DNA from: an uncultured Candidatus Saccharibacteria bacterium
GTDB lineage: Bacteria > Patescibacteriota > Minisyncoccia > Phycocordibacterales > PALSA-1337
DNA: 64,000 nucleotides
NCBI GenBank assembly: GCA_964600255.1
Contig: CAZRIX010000002.1
Span: 34,067 to 98,066 of the forward strand
Direction: 5' to 3'
Positions 36,252 through 45,798 of the stretch are shown piece after piece (the stretch's first letter is position 1; every line of letters starts with the position of its first letter). Below the pieces are notes generated by a model, which worked only from the letters and a program-made list of their open reading frames with translations, had not been told where the DNA came from and made no database searches. The position numbers were made by a program, and so were the translations under genes.

Positions 36252-36794
36252 ATGAATAATTCACATTTTCACACAATACCACAAAACAAAGCACCCGAGA
36301 TTCTTAACCTAATTGTTGAGATAACTCAGGGCGAATCAAACAAGTATGAGTACAACAAGGAGCTTGGAATACTAGAGCTTGATCGTGTACTTTTTGGACC
36401 TATGTTCTATCCAGTAAACTACTGTGATGTACCTTCTACATGGAATGAGGGTGACAATGATCCGCTGGATGCTGTAGTCTTTAGTACATATCCAGTACTA
36501 CCTGGAACTCTTGTTAAGGGTCGTGTTATAGGTGTTATGGAAATGATTGATAACGGAGAGGAAGATTACAAGATCATTACAGTTAACAGTAAGGATCCTA
36601 GATACGCACATATAGACCATGTAGATCAACTAGCTCCATACGAGAGAAAGGATATCCAGACTTTCTTTGAAACATACAAGATACCTCAGACAGGCAAGGA
36701 TACAGTAAAAGTTGGCAAGTTCCTTGGACCAAAGGAAGCTTACGAACACATCAAGAAGGCGATGGATTGCTATAACAAGAAGTTTGGCAAATAA
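36252..36794 (+). CDS. ppa: Inorganic pyrophosphatase (family I)
   Basis: NKYEY, LDRVL, YPVNY, DNDPLDA, DYKI, FFETYK. Confidence 0.95.
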   Translation: MNNSHFHTIPQNKAPEILNLIVEITQGESNKYEYNKELGILELDRVLFGPMFYPVNYCDVPSTWNEGDNDPLDAVVFSTYPVLPGTLVKGRVIGVMEMIDNGEEDYKIITVNSKDPRYAHIDHVDQLAPYERKDIQTFFETYKIPQTGKDTVKVGKFLGPKEAYEHIKKAMDCYNKKFGK

Positions 36795-36831
36795 TAGCAC
36801 CATCATTTAAGTTAGAGTAAAATTCAAGACC

Positions 36832-36981
36832 ATGGCTGAAGCATTAGAAACAATCAAAGAGGCACTAGGAAAGCTATCATTCTTCATAATGTGGATCGTT
36901 GTTGGTGTCCTAGTACTTCCTTGTGTCTATGTTGCAACCGTCTACTATCCAATGTGGGAAAAGTGGGGTGAAGATTTCTAA
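36832..36981 (+). CDS. 49-aa single-TM protein (below ORF-track cutoff)
   Basis: MAEALETIKEALGKLSFFIMWIVVGVLVLPCVYVATVYYPMWEKWGEDF; -10 TAAAAT just upstream; host-like codons. Confidence 0.7.
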   Translation: MAEALETIKEALGKLSFFIMWIVVGVLVLPCVYVATVYYPMWEKWGEDF

Positions 36982-37020
36982 TTTATTTTGTTTAAGTGCT
37001 TGAAGTGATAGAATACCCTT

Positions 37021-38406
37021 ATGTCGCCAACGATTTTTATTATTCTCGGTATTACTGGAGATCTAGCTGGCAGGAAACTACTTCCTGCGCTTCTTAGTCT
37101 GTATGTTAAAAAAGAGTTACCCAGCAAGTTTGCTATTGTTGGTTTTTCTAGACGTCCTTTGAACCGTGCAGAGTTCCGAGCCTTCATTAGAAGTCATATG
37201 CATATCAAGCCTGGTCAGTTCCACGAAGAGGATGTGAAGCACTTCATAGATCATATGTACTATGAGCAAGGTAATTTCGACACATCGGATTCGTACGCGC
37301 ACCTTTCTCAAAGATTAAAGAGTATTGATGATATTTTTGGTCAATGTTCTAACAAACTTTTCCACCTTTCAACACCACCGTCGCTATACGAATCAATTTT
37401 TACTCAGTTATACAACTCAGGACTAACAATCCCTTGTGGTGGAGATGAGGGTTGGACTAGAATATTGGTTGAGAAGCCTTTTGGGAATGATATTGAAACA
37501 GCAAAGAAGCTCGACAAAAAACTTGGTGGTCTCTTCAAGGAGGACCAGATTTTCCGTATAGATCACTACCTTGCAAAAGAAGCTTTGCAAAATATTCTCG
37601 CATTTCGTTTTGCCAATTCTCTTTTTGAATCACTATGGAACAGAAACCACATAGACAAGATTCATATCAAGCTAATGGAGAAAATAGGTGTAGGGACTCG
37701 AGGATCTTTTTATGACGCTATCGGAGCATTGAAGGATGTGGGACAAAACCACATACTCCAGATGCTAGCCTTGGTTGCTATGGAACCTCCAGCAAAGATG
37801 GATGCTCACTCTATTCGAGAAGAGAGGGCAAAGGTCCTATCTAAACTTCAGCTAGCAAATCCAAAAAATATCTCATCACGTGTTGTTAGAGGACAGTATG
37901 AAGGATATAGATATGAACCTGGAATAAAGGAGCATACACAGACCGAAACTTTTTTCCGTATAGAAGCCTTCATAGACAATCCTAGGTGGAAGAATGTGCC
38001 ATTCTATATCGAAAGTGGCAAAGAAATGTCAGAGCAGAAAACTGAGATCAATATTTATTTTAAGAATGATAAAGACGATAAGACATACGAGGACAGACAG
38101 AACGTACTAACATTCCGTATTCAGCCAGATGAGCTTATAAAAATTGGCTTCTGGGTAAAGACGCCAGGTTTTACAATGGATGTTGAACCAAAAGTTTTAA
38201 AATTCAAATACAGTGACCACCCTTCACACGCTATTCTGCCTGATGCATACGAGAGAGTGCTCTATGATTCAATAATAGGAGATCAGACACTGTTTACCAG
38301 TACGGATGAAGTGCTCCATGCTTGGAAATATATTACTTCTATTATAAACTCATGGAGTTCAGTGCCATTAACAATATACAAAAAAGGTTCACAGGAGGTG
38401 ATATAA
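37021..38406 (+). CDS. zwf: Glucose-6-phosphate 1-dehydrogenase
   Basis: GITGDLA, EKPFG, RIDHYLAKE, DVGQNH, DAYERVL. Confidence 0.97.
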   Translation: MSPTIFIILGITGDLAGRKLLPALLSLYVKKELPSKFAIVGFSRRPLNRAEFRAFIRSHMHIKPGQFHEEDVKHFIDHMYYEQGNFDTSDSYAHLSQRLKSIDDIFGQCSNKLFHLSTPPSLYESIFTQLYNSGLTIPCGGDEGWTRILVEKPFGNDIETAKKLDKKLGGLFKEDQIFRIDHYLAKEALQNILAFRFANSLFESLWNRNHIDKIHIKLMEKIGVGTRGSFYDAIGALKDVGQNHILQMLALVAMEPPAKMDAHSIREERAKVLSKLQLANPKNISSRVVRGQYEGYRYEPGIKEHTQTETFFRIEAFIDNPRWKNVPFYIESGKEMSEQKTEINIYFKNDKDDKTYEDRQNVLTFRIQPDELIKIGFWVKTPGFTMDVEPKVLKFKYSDHPSHAILPDAYERVLYDSIIGDQTLFTSTDEVLHAWKYITSIINSWSSVPLTIYKKGSQEVI

Positions 38407-38426
38407 TACTTAAATAAAATAAATAT

Positions 38427-38654
38427 ATGTTTCAAAACTTTCTACTTAAGCAAATGTTAAAAAAGCAGATGAAGGATGTGCCTGCAGAGCAACAAGAACA
38501 GATCCTGGCTATGATTGAGAAGAATCCTGATTTCTTTATGAAGGTAGCTCAGGAGGCGCAAGAGAAAATAAAAGGTGGCATGCCACAACAAGAGGCTATG
38601 ATTGCGGTAATGAAGGCGCATGAAGCAGAACTTAGAGAAGTAATGGGTAAGTAG
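38427..38654 (+). CDS. Met/Gln-rich helical hypothetical protein
   Basis: Clean ORF with host codon usage and an upstream TATAAT. Confidence 0.75.
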   Translation: MFQNFLLKQMLKKQMKDVPAEQQEQILAMIEKNPDFFMKVAQEAQEKIKGGMPQQEAMIAVMKAHEAELREVMGK

Positions 38655-38726
38655 CGAGCGAGGAGTGGATAAATGTATTGATGTAAAATCCTAGGTCTGA
38701 TAAGATTTTGTTTGGAAGGAGAAAAC

Positions 38727-38921
38727 ATGAGCTTAAAATATCATCTAGTCATGGGATTCTTTTACGTCGTTCAGCTGGAGCAGCGTTATCCGTCACCGGA
38801 GAACTGGTGTTCGCACCCGAGGGACGGGGACTACATCGAGGATGTCCACCGTTGGAGGGGGATCCCCCATACAGTCTGTGCAGGCGGGATATTCCGACAC
38901 GGTTTTAACAGGGGCCAATAG
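38727..38921 (+). CDS. Orphan small protein
   Basis: Promoter TTGATG...TAAGAT, SD AAGGAG, GC hairpin GCCCGCCGAC...GTCGGCGGGC downstream. Confidence 0.55.
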   Translation: MSLKYHLVMGFFYVVQLEQRYPSPENWCSHPRDGDYIEDVHRWRGIPHTVCAGGIFRHGFNRGQ

Positions 38922-39046
38922 CAGGCTCCTGTACAGGTAAGCAAGCCCGCCGACTCAGAGTCGGCGGGCGCTTTACTTGTCAAAATTAATCAAATAGTAA
39001 GACAAAAGGCGCCTGTAGGGGCGCCTTGTTGCGTGTGAAAGAGGTG

Positions 39047-39229
39047 TCAGATAGACATTCTCAGAAGTTCAAAAAGTGGTACGTAACGCCTATGCGTGAA
39101 GATACTCAGTATTCCGACACCGAGCTCGTAAACAGCAAACGCTACGAAACCAAGCAAGAACAAGAATACGCAGACGAATAGAGCAGCTGCGATTTGAAAT
39201 ACAAACCATAAGGCTTTTAGTGCGTTCAT
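39047..39229 (-). CDS. Orphan small membrane protein
   Basis: Long hydrophobic stretch; TGG-TAGTAT 8 nt before the ATG; terminator AAGGCGCC...GGCGCCTTTT. Confidence 0.6.
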   Translation of the reverse strand: MNALKALWFVFQIAAALFVCVFLFLLGFVAFAVYELGVGILSIFTHRRYVPLFELLRMSI

Positions 39230-39294
39230 CTCGCAATATACTACCATTTTTCGTCCTCTTTCAAAATACCCAAATATCTGCTATTGTTTTCTTC

Positions 39295-40392
39295 ATGTCA
39301 CTATCAATAGGAATCGTAGGTCTACCAAACGTAGGTAAATCAACACTTTTTAACGCCCTTACCAAGAAGAGTGTTCTTGTCGCTAACTATCCTTTCGCCA
39401 CAATAGACCCTTCTGTGGGCGTTGTGGCAGTTCCTGACGAGCGTCTTTGGAAGCTTTCTGATTTTTCTAAAACTCAAAAAACTGTTCCTGCAGTAGTCGA
39501 ATTCGTAGACATTGCTGGTCTAGTAAAAGGTGCATCTGATGGCGAAGGTCTCGGTAACCAATTCCTTACAAATATTCGTGAGACTGACGCTATCGCTGAA
39601 GTGGTGCGTATTTTCGAAGACGACAACATCATTCACGTCGATGGTAAGGTTAATCCAATCAAAGACATTGAGGTTATTAACCTCGAACTCATTCTCGCTG
39701 ATCTTCAAACCGTTACGAAGCGTCTTTCAAATCTTGGAAGAGAAGTTAAATCTGGCCGCAAGGAGGCTATTTTGGAAAATGGTCTATTAGAAAAAATAAA
39801 GGTTGCATTGGAAGCCGGTAAACTTGCATCAAGTGTTGTTCCTGATGAATTCGAAGCTCCTTTTGTGAAGTCACTTCATCTTCTAACTTCAAAGCCTTTT
39901 ATGTATATTCTAAACAAAAAATCTGGCGGCAAGAATCTAGATGAATTAAAGGATGCACGCTGGGATGCTCTCATGTCTTTCTTTAAGGAGAATAACGCTA
40001 AATGGGTAGTAGTTGATGCAGGAATCGAACATGAATTAAAAGATATTGATGACAAAGATAAAAAGGAACTACGCGAAGGCCTAGGTGCCAATGACGATGG
40101 CATAGATAATTTGATAAAAAAAGGTTATGAACTTCTAAACCTTATGACTTATTTCACTACGGGTGAAAAGGAAACTCGTGCTTGGACAATAGGTAGAGGT
40201 TGGAAGGCACCAAAAGCAGGAACAGCTATTCACGGAGATTTCGAGGAGAAGTTTATCAAAGCAGAAGTAATAGAATGGGACAAACTAATAGAGTCAGGAT
40301 CATTTGCAAACGCACGTGAGAAGGGACTTTTGAGAACAGAAGGAAAGGAGTATGTCGTGCAGGATGGAGATGTGATGGAGTTTAAAATCTAA
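39295..40392 (+). CDS. ychF: Redox-regulated ATPase YchF
   Basis: [41 protein letters not shown] domain. Confidence 0.97.
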   Translation: MSLSIGIVGLPNVGKSTLFNALTKKSVLVANYPFATIDPSVGVVAVPDERLWKLSDFSKTQKTVPAVVEFVDIAGLVKGASDGEGLGNQFLTNIRETDAIAEVVRIFEDDNIIHVDGKVNPIKDIEVINLELILADLQTVTKRLSNLGREVKSGRKEAILENGLLEKIKVALEAGKLASSVVPDEFEAPFVKSLHLLTSKPFMYILNKKSGGKNLDELKDARWDALMSFFKENNAKWVVVDAGIEHELKDIDDKDKKELREGLGANDDGIDNLIKKGYELLNLMTYFTTGEKETRAWTIGRGWKAPKAGTAIHGDFEEKFIKAEVIEWDKLIESGSFANAREKGLLRTEGKEYVVQDGDVMEFKI

Positions 40393-41294
40393 ACAAAATA
40401 TGTTCCAATCATTATTAGAGTAATGGCAACTATTTTTTGTGCTAAATGCTTTTTAGAAAGAGATTCGATAGATATTTGGGGGAAAAATAATGTTAGGATA
40501 ACTCCAATAACAAGCACGAATACTGGTTGAAATGCTCCAGCAAGCAGCACAAGAGCCACTGGGGCTAGCAAAGTTGCATAACCTACGCATCCATCAGCGA
40601 GAATACTGAGTGTCTCATTAAATGAACTTAGCGACAGAACGCTAATCTTATTACTCCTTAAAACATTCAAAAACTGATTCCTGTACACAGGTACAAATAG
40701 TAGGAATATGCCTCCGAGCACCACTTTTCCAAGCAAAGACCAGAACGTAGATAGCCAGAATCCCTCATCTATAGCAACTAGTTTAAACAAAACTGTGCTT
40801 ATAGCATACAACATTGAGGCGGTTAGCATATAAAGTACAACTTTGCCTTTGAAACGAATTTCGCTTACACCAAGATCAAACGATAGCACCACAGCTCCTG
40901 CAATAATCACCAGAGAAGCCACAGTTTGAGTTAATGTTATACTTTCTCCTAAAATAAAATAACCGAGAATAAATCCGAATATTGGAACTGTTTGATAGAA
41001 AGGCACTACGTTAGTTGCTTCGTCCTCAGATAGCGCATACAAATACAAAAGAATCGCAACAACCGTCATCATACCGGTAATAGCCAAGACCACACCTTGC
41101 AATACTGTTACAGAGAACACGGCAGGGTACATAAAATAAACAATGGGTAGAGCGAAGATACTGAAAATTGCTGAGAAAATGATTAGTGATCCAACCTCAC
41201 CACCCTTGAGGTACTTGGATATCAGGTACTTATCAAGATGATTCGTTGATGCGTAGAATAGGGAACCTAGAATTGCAATAATTAACCAGCTCAT
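40389..41294 (-). CDS. EamA/DMT family transporter
   Basis: About 10 TM segments in two repeats, LGESIT motif. Confidence 0.85.
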   Translation of the reverse strand: MSWLIIAILGSLFYASTNHLDKYLISKYLKGGEVGSLIIFSAIFSIFALPIVYFMYPAVFSVTVLQGVVLAITGMMTVVAILLYLYALSEDEATNVVPFYQTVPIFGFILGYFILGESITLTQTVASLVIIAGAVVLSFDLGVSEIRFKGKVVLYMLTASMLYAISTVLFKLVAIDEGFWLSTFWSLLGKVVLGGIFLLFVPVYRNQFLNVLRSNKISVLSLSSFNETLSILADGCVGYATLLAPVALVLLAGAFQPVFVLVIGVILTLFFPQISIESLSKKHLAQKIVAITLIMIGTYFV

Positions 41295-41340
41295 GGGAAG
41301 TATAGTAGCATACAAATACATCGTGAGTCTAAAATATATT

Positions 41341-41485
41341 CCCCTGGATGCGCAACAAGGGACCCGAAGACACGGGGTCTAAGGGTCCCTACAACCAATG
41401 CCGTGGGCATTCTTAACCAGGTGGTCCCGGTGTCGATGCGCCTTTCGTTCGCCACTACTCAGCGCAGTAGGTTGCATAGCCAGCT
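41341..41485 (-). ncRNA. Candidate multi-branched ncRNA (family unassigned)
   Basis: GC-rich intergenic island with a closing stem and at least four hairpins; G-U pairs favour the minus strand. Confidence 0.6.
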
Positions 41486-41548
41486 TATCAAAACTTTACA
41501 ATCCCAGACATATGGTCAAATATATACAAGTGTGGTATAGTATGGCAA

Positions 41549-41680
41549 ATGAAAAAACGCTCTTTTCGGATCCTGCAACATCTCGGCAGACACACTTATA
41601 GTGACAAGCCGGAACGATTCGGTCAGGATATGTTTATGGTGGTGCTCATCATAAGCATCGTATGGGCCTTTCCAAAATAG
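41549..41680 (+). CDS. 43-aa protein with C-terminal hydrophobic segment
   Basis: MKKRSFRILQHLGRHTYSDKPERFGQDMFMVVLIISIVWAFPK; TGG-TATAGT upstream; terminator AAAGCCCCG...CGGGGCTTTT. Confidence 0.45.
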   Translation: MKKRSFRILQHLGRHTYSDKPERFGQDMFMVVLIISIVWAFPK

Positions 41681-41738
41681 GCCCGTCAACAAATTCGAGA
41701 AAGCCCCGCGTCTCTTCACGACCGGGGCTTTTTGTTAT

Positions 41739-44585
41739 ATGATGTCTAATACTATGAATCCATATGATCATACAAAAGTTGAAAAGAAGTGGCAAAAAGT
41801 TTGGGAATCAAAGAAACCAAACAAGGTAAAAGAGGATCCGAAGAAACCCAAATTCTATGCACTCATAGAATTCCCATTTCCATCTGGTGCAGGACTTCAT
41901 GTAGGTCATATCAGAAGTAATACCGCTATGGATATAATTTCCCGTAAGCGAAGAATGGAAGGTTACAATGTTCTATATCCAATCGGTTGGGATGCATTTG
42001 GATTGCCAACAGAAAACTACGCCATCAAGACTGGTATCCAACCCGCAATAGTTACAAAGCAGAATACTGACAATTTCCGTAAGCAACTGAAAGCTCTAGG
42101 ATTTTCTTTTGACTGGTCACGAGAAATAGATACAACAGATCCAAAATACTACAAATGGACGCAGTGGATTTTCCTACAATTTTTGAAAAAAGGATTGGCA
42201 TACAAAAAGAAGATGATTATAAACTGGTGTCCAAAAGACCTTATCGGACTAGCAAACGAGGAGGTGGTCAACGGATGTTGCGATCGCTGTGGAACACAAG
42301 TTGAGAAAAAAGAAAAAGAGCAGTGGATGCTTGCCATTACCAAGTATGCTGACCGTTTGGACAAAGATCTAGATGAGACTGAATTCCTAGAGAAAATAAA
42401 GATCCAACAAAGAAATTGGATTGGAAAGAGTGAGGGTGCAGAGATTAATTTTCCAATAAAAGGTAGTAGTGACAAAATTAAGGTTTATACAACACGTCCA
42501 GATACATTGTTTGGTGTGACTTATGTTGTACTTGCGCCAGAACACCCCTTTGTCCAGGAATATTCAGGCAAAGCAGAGAATACAATAGAGATTGCAAAGT
42601 ATATTAAAGATGTAAAGAGTAAGACCGACATCGAGCGCACAGACACAAAGAAAGAAAAGACTGGGGTTGAATTAAAGGGAATTAAAGCAATTAACCCAAT
42701 TAATAATGAAGAAATACCTGTCTGGGTGGCAGATTATGTACTAGGTGACTACGGAACTGGGGCTGTTATGGCTGTACCTGCACATGACGAAAGGGATTTT
42801 GAATTTGCAAAAAAATATGGGTTGGGTATGAGACATGTTATTGCTCCAAGTCTAATTGATACAACAAACCCACCACAGCAAGGAAAGCAGGATACTTTTA
42901 GAGAAATAATTCTAGCTATAGTTTACGATCCGAGAAACAAGAAGTACTTAACGCTTAAATGGAAAAATCAGCCTTGGACAACTTTTGTGACCGGCGGAAT
43001 TGAAAAGAATGAGAGCGCATTAGAATCGGCAAAGAGAGAAATCCTGGAAGAAACAGGATATAAGAATATAAGACTTGTAAGAAGCCTTGGAATGTCTGAA
43101 TCCTTTTTCTACGCAGCTCACAAGGGAGTGAACAGAAGGGTTCATGTCGAGCACTTTTTATTTGAATTAGTAGACGATGCAAGAGTGGATTTAGGTGAAG
43201 TAGAAAAAGCTAATTATGATGTGCAGTGGCTATCCACTGAGGAAATTTCAAAAACAAAACTACAGCACGTAGAGTTTAATATGCTTTGGAAACGTATTCA
43301 GACAGGGAACGACACCTTTATTGATTCAGGAACTATTGTAAACTCAGGAGATTTTACAGGCAAGAATTCTGAAGAAGCTAAGAAGGCGATGACCCTAGTA
43401 GCCGGTGGCGAATGGGTTACAAAGTTCAAACTCCGCGATTGGGTTTTCTCTCGCCAGCGATATTGGGGTGAACCTATTCCTGTTGTTCACTGTGAAAAAT
43501 GTGGAATAGTTCCACTTCCAGACAAGGAACTTCCTTTGAAACTTCCTAAAGTTAAAAACTATGCACCTACTCAAAACGGTGAGTCTCCGCTTTCAGCTAT
43601 AGATAAGTGGGTAAATACAAAGTGTCCAAATTGTAAAGGTAAAGCAAAAAGAGAAACTGACACTATGCCAAACTGGGCAGGAAGTAGTTGGTACTATTTG
43701 AGATACACTGATGCAAAAAACAAAAAAGTTTTTGCTGATCCAAAGAACTTAAAATACTGGACTCCAGTAGACTGGTACAACGGTGGTATGGAGCATACAA
43801 CACTTCACTTACTGTATTCCCGATTCTGGCACAAATTCCTTTATGATCTTGGTCTAGTACCTACGAAGGAGCCTTACAAGAAGCGTACATCTCACGGTTT
43901 GATACTTGCTGAAGGAGGGGCAAAGATGTCTAAGTCAGTTGGTAATGTAATCAATCCAGATGATTTCGTAAAAACTGTCGGTGCTGACACGTTGAGAATA
44001 CATGAAATGTTTATGGGTCCATTTGATCAAGCTATTGCATGGGACACAAATAGTATTGCCGGCTCAAGAAGATTCATCGAGAGAGTTTGGAAACTTGTAG
44101 AAAAGATTGGTGAAAATAATATTGAAAAGATAGAGGTGGCAACACACAAAACAATAAAAAAAGTAGGTGAAGATATTGAGAAGATGGGATTCAATACTGC
44201 GATCAGTTCAATCATGATTTTATTGAATGATTTGGAGAAGGAAGACAAGATTCCAAAGGAAATTTATGAGACTTTACTCAAAATTTTGGCCCCCTTTGCA
44301 CCCCATGTTACCGAGGAATTATGGTCATTACTAAAGAACAAAGGTTCAGTTCACGCCAACTCATGGCCTCAGTATGATCCATCAAAACTTATAGAGAGTA
44401 CGGTAAGGATAATGATTCAAGTAAACGGGAAGGTTAGGGGGGAGATGAGTATACCAGCCGACACTGCAGATGCCGAGGTTGAGAAAATGGCTCTAAATAT
44501 GGATGAAATAAAAAAGTGGACATTTGACAAAGAAATTAAAAAGGTTATAGTTATTAAAAATAGGCTGGTGAATATCGTGTTTTAG
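41739..44585 (+). CDS. leuS: Leucine--tRNA ligase with inserted Nudix domain
   Basis: FPFPSGAGLHVGH (HIGH), YTTRPDT and GTGAVMAVPAHDERD (CP1 editing), KMSKS; Nudix box GGIEKNESALESAKREILEETG. Confidence 0.97.
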   Translation: MMSNTMNPYDHTKVEKKWQKVWESKKPNKVKEDPKKPKFYALIEFPFPSGAGLHVGHIRSNTAMDIISRKRRMEGYNVLYPIGWDAFGLPTENYAIKTGIQPAIVTKQNTDNFRKQLKALGFSFDWSREIDTTDPKYYKWTQWIFLQFLKKGLAYKKKMIINWCPKDLIGLANEEVVNGCCDRCGTQVEKKEKEQWMLAITKYADRLDKDLDETEFLEKIKIQQRNWIGKSEGAEINFPIKGSSDKIKVYTTRPDTLFGVTYVVLAPEHPFVQEYSGKAENTIEIAKYIKDVKSKTDIERTDTKKEKTGVELKGIKAINPINNEEIPVWVADYVLGDYGTGAVMAVPAHDERDFEFAKKYGLGMRHVIAPSLIDTTNPPQQGKQDTFREIILAIVYDPRNKKYLTLKWKNQPWTTFVTGGIEKNESALESAKREILEETGYKNIRLVRSLGMSESFFYAAHKGVNRRVHVEHFLFELVDDARVDLGEVEKANYDVQWLSTEEISKTKLQHVEFNMLWKRIQTGNDTFIDSGTIVNSGDFTGKNSEEAKKAMTLVAGGEWVTKFKLRDWVFSRQRYWGEPIPVVHCEKCGIVPLPDKELPLKLPKVKNYAPTQNGESPLSAIDKWVNTKCPNCKGKAKRETDTMPNWAGSSWYYLRYTDAKNKKVFADPKNLKYWTPVDWYNGGMEHTTLHLLYSRFWHKFLYDLGLVPTKEPYKKRTSHGLILAEGGAKMSKSVGNVINPDDFVKTVGADTLRIHEMFMGPFDQAIAWDTNSIAGSRRFIERVWKLVEKIGENNIEKIEVATHKTIKKVGEDIEKMGFNTAISSIMILLNDLEKEDKIPKEIYETLLKILAPFAPHVTEELWSLLKNKGSVHANSWPQYDPSKLIESTVRIMIQVNGKVRGEMSIPADTADAEVEKMALNMDEIKKWTFDKEIKKVIVIKNRLVNIVF

Positions 44586-44684
44586 AGACAGATTGGGGAT
44601 TCGTAGCTAGTGTAAGTTTTCCATAGATTTGACATATTATAAATGATAATGTAGTATCAAGAATACAAAACAAACAAAAATAGC

Positions 44685-45737
44685 ATGGCCAACATTCAAT
44701 TCAAACCAAAACAAACAACAAAGAGACTGCTTTCAGTTCTACCTGATCGTGCACGTGAGGTATTGATAAAAAGATACGGCCTTGGCAAAAGTACAGAGAA
44801 AATGACTCTTGATGCTATTGGAAAACTATATGGTATCACTCGTGAACGCGTACGTCAGATCGAAAACTATGCACTAGCAAATATTCGTAAGTCTGAATCA
44901 TACAAGACAGAGAAGGTAGCCTTTGCAGAACTAGAAACATTGATCCACAGTTTGGGAGGTATAGTTGTTGAGGAAGATTTCCTTGGTCATGCTTCAAGAG
45001 ATAAAGAACTACAGAACCATATTCACTTTATCCTAGTCATTGGTGATATCTTCAAGAAGAGAAGAGAGGATGACGAATTCAAGCATCGTTGGCATGTAAA
45101 TGAAGAGCTAGCAAAACAAGTAGAGGATTCTCTAAAGAAGCTTTACAGTGGTCTTTCAGATGATGATCTACTTCCTGAATCTGAAATCGTAGGCAAGTTC
45201 CTAGGTCACCTAGAGAATGTTTCTGAAAAATACAAGAATCAAGAAATCATAAAGAGATGGTTGGGTCTTTCAAAGTCTCTTGGCAAAAATGCTATGGGAG
45301 AATGGGGAGTTTCCAGTTCATCAAATATAAAGACAAAGGGTATGCGTGACTATGCATTCCTAGTTATCAGAAAGCATGGTTCTCCTATTCACTTCAAGGA
45401 AGTGGCAAAGCAGATCACTCAAGTTTTCAACAAGAAGGCCCACATTGCAACAACTCATAATGAGCTTATAAAGGACAAGAGATTTGTACTAGTAGGAAGA
45501 GGACTTTATGCACTAAAGGAATGGGGTTACATGTCAGGAGTCGTGAAGGATGTTATAAGAAATATCTTAGAAAAGAACGGTCCTCTAACAAAAGAAGAGA
45601 TTGTGGATAAGGTTATGAAGGAAAGATATGTGAAGGAAAACACAATCATGGTAAATCTTCAGAATCAGAAGCATTTCAAAAAAACTAAGGATGGTAAGTA
45701 CGAAGTGGTAGGTATTGCAACTCCTATTTCAGCTTAG
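44685..45737 (+). CDS. Sigma70 region-4 HTH protein with C-terminal winged-HTH domains
   Basis: RYGLG..MTLDAIG..YGITRERVRQIE; C-terminal HNELIKDKRFVLVGRGLYALKEWG; no sigma region 2. Confidence 0.8.
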   Translation: MANIQFKPKQTTKRLLSVLPDRAREVLIKRYGLGKSTEKMTLDAIGKLYGITRERVRQIENYALANIRKSESYKTEKVAFAELETLIHSLGGIVVEEDFLGHASRDKELQNHIHFILVIGDIFKKRREDDEFKHRWHVNEELAKQVEDSLKKLYSGLSDDDLLPESEIVGKFLGHLENVSEKYKNQEIIKRWLGLSKSLGKNAMGEWGVSSSSNIKTKGMRDYAFLVIRKHGSPIHFKEVAKQITQVFNKKAHIATTHNELIKDKRFVLVGRGLYALKEWGYMSGVVKDVIRNILEKNGPLTKEEIVDKVMKERYVKENTIMVNLQNQKHFKKTKDGKYEVVGIATPISA

Positions 45738-45798
45738 TTTGATCTAAAATTTCTATACTTTAAACATGTGTTAAAACATGTGATATAATATTTCCTGT

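Noticed and set aside
1046-38932. Shared 13-mer AGCAGGCTCCTGT near 1046 and 38920
   Set aside because: It lies 5' of one orphan and 3' of another with no extended similarity; may be chance.
39036-39263. 9-bp inverted repeat TGAAAGAGG/CCTCTTTCA flanking a small ORF (MITE ends?)
   Set aside because: Too short, no target-site duplication, and not repeated around other modules.
41341-41485. Known riboswitch controlling the EamA transporter
   Set aside because: No recognisable guanidine, TPP, SAM or other aptamer consensus, and EamA has its own TG-C-TACTAT element just before its ATG.
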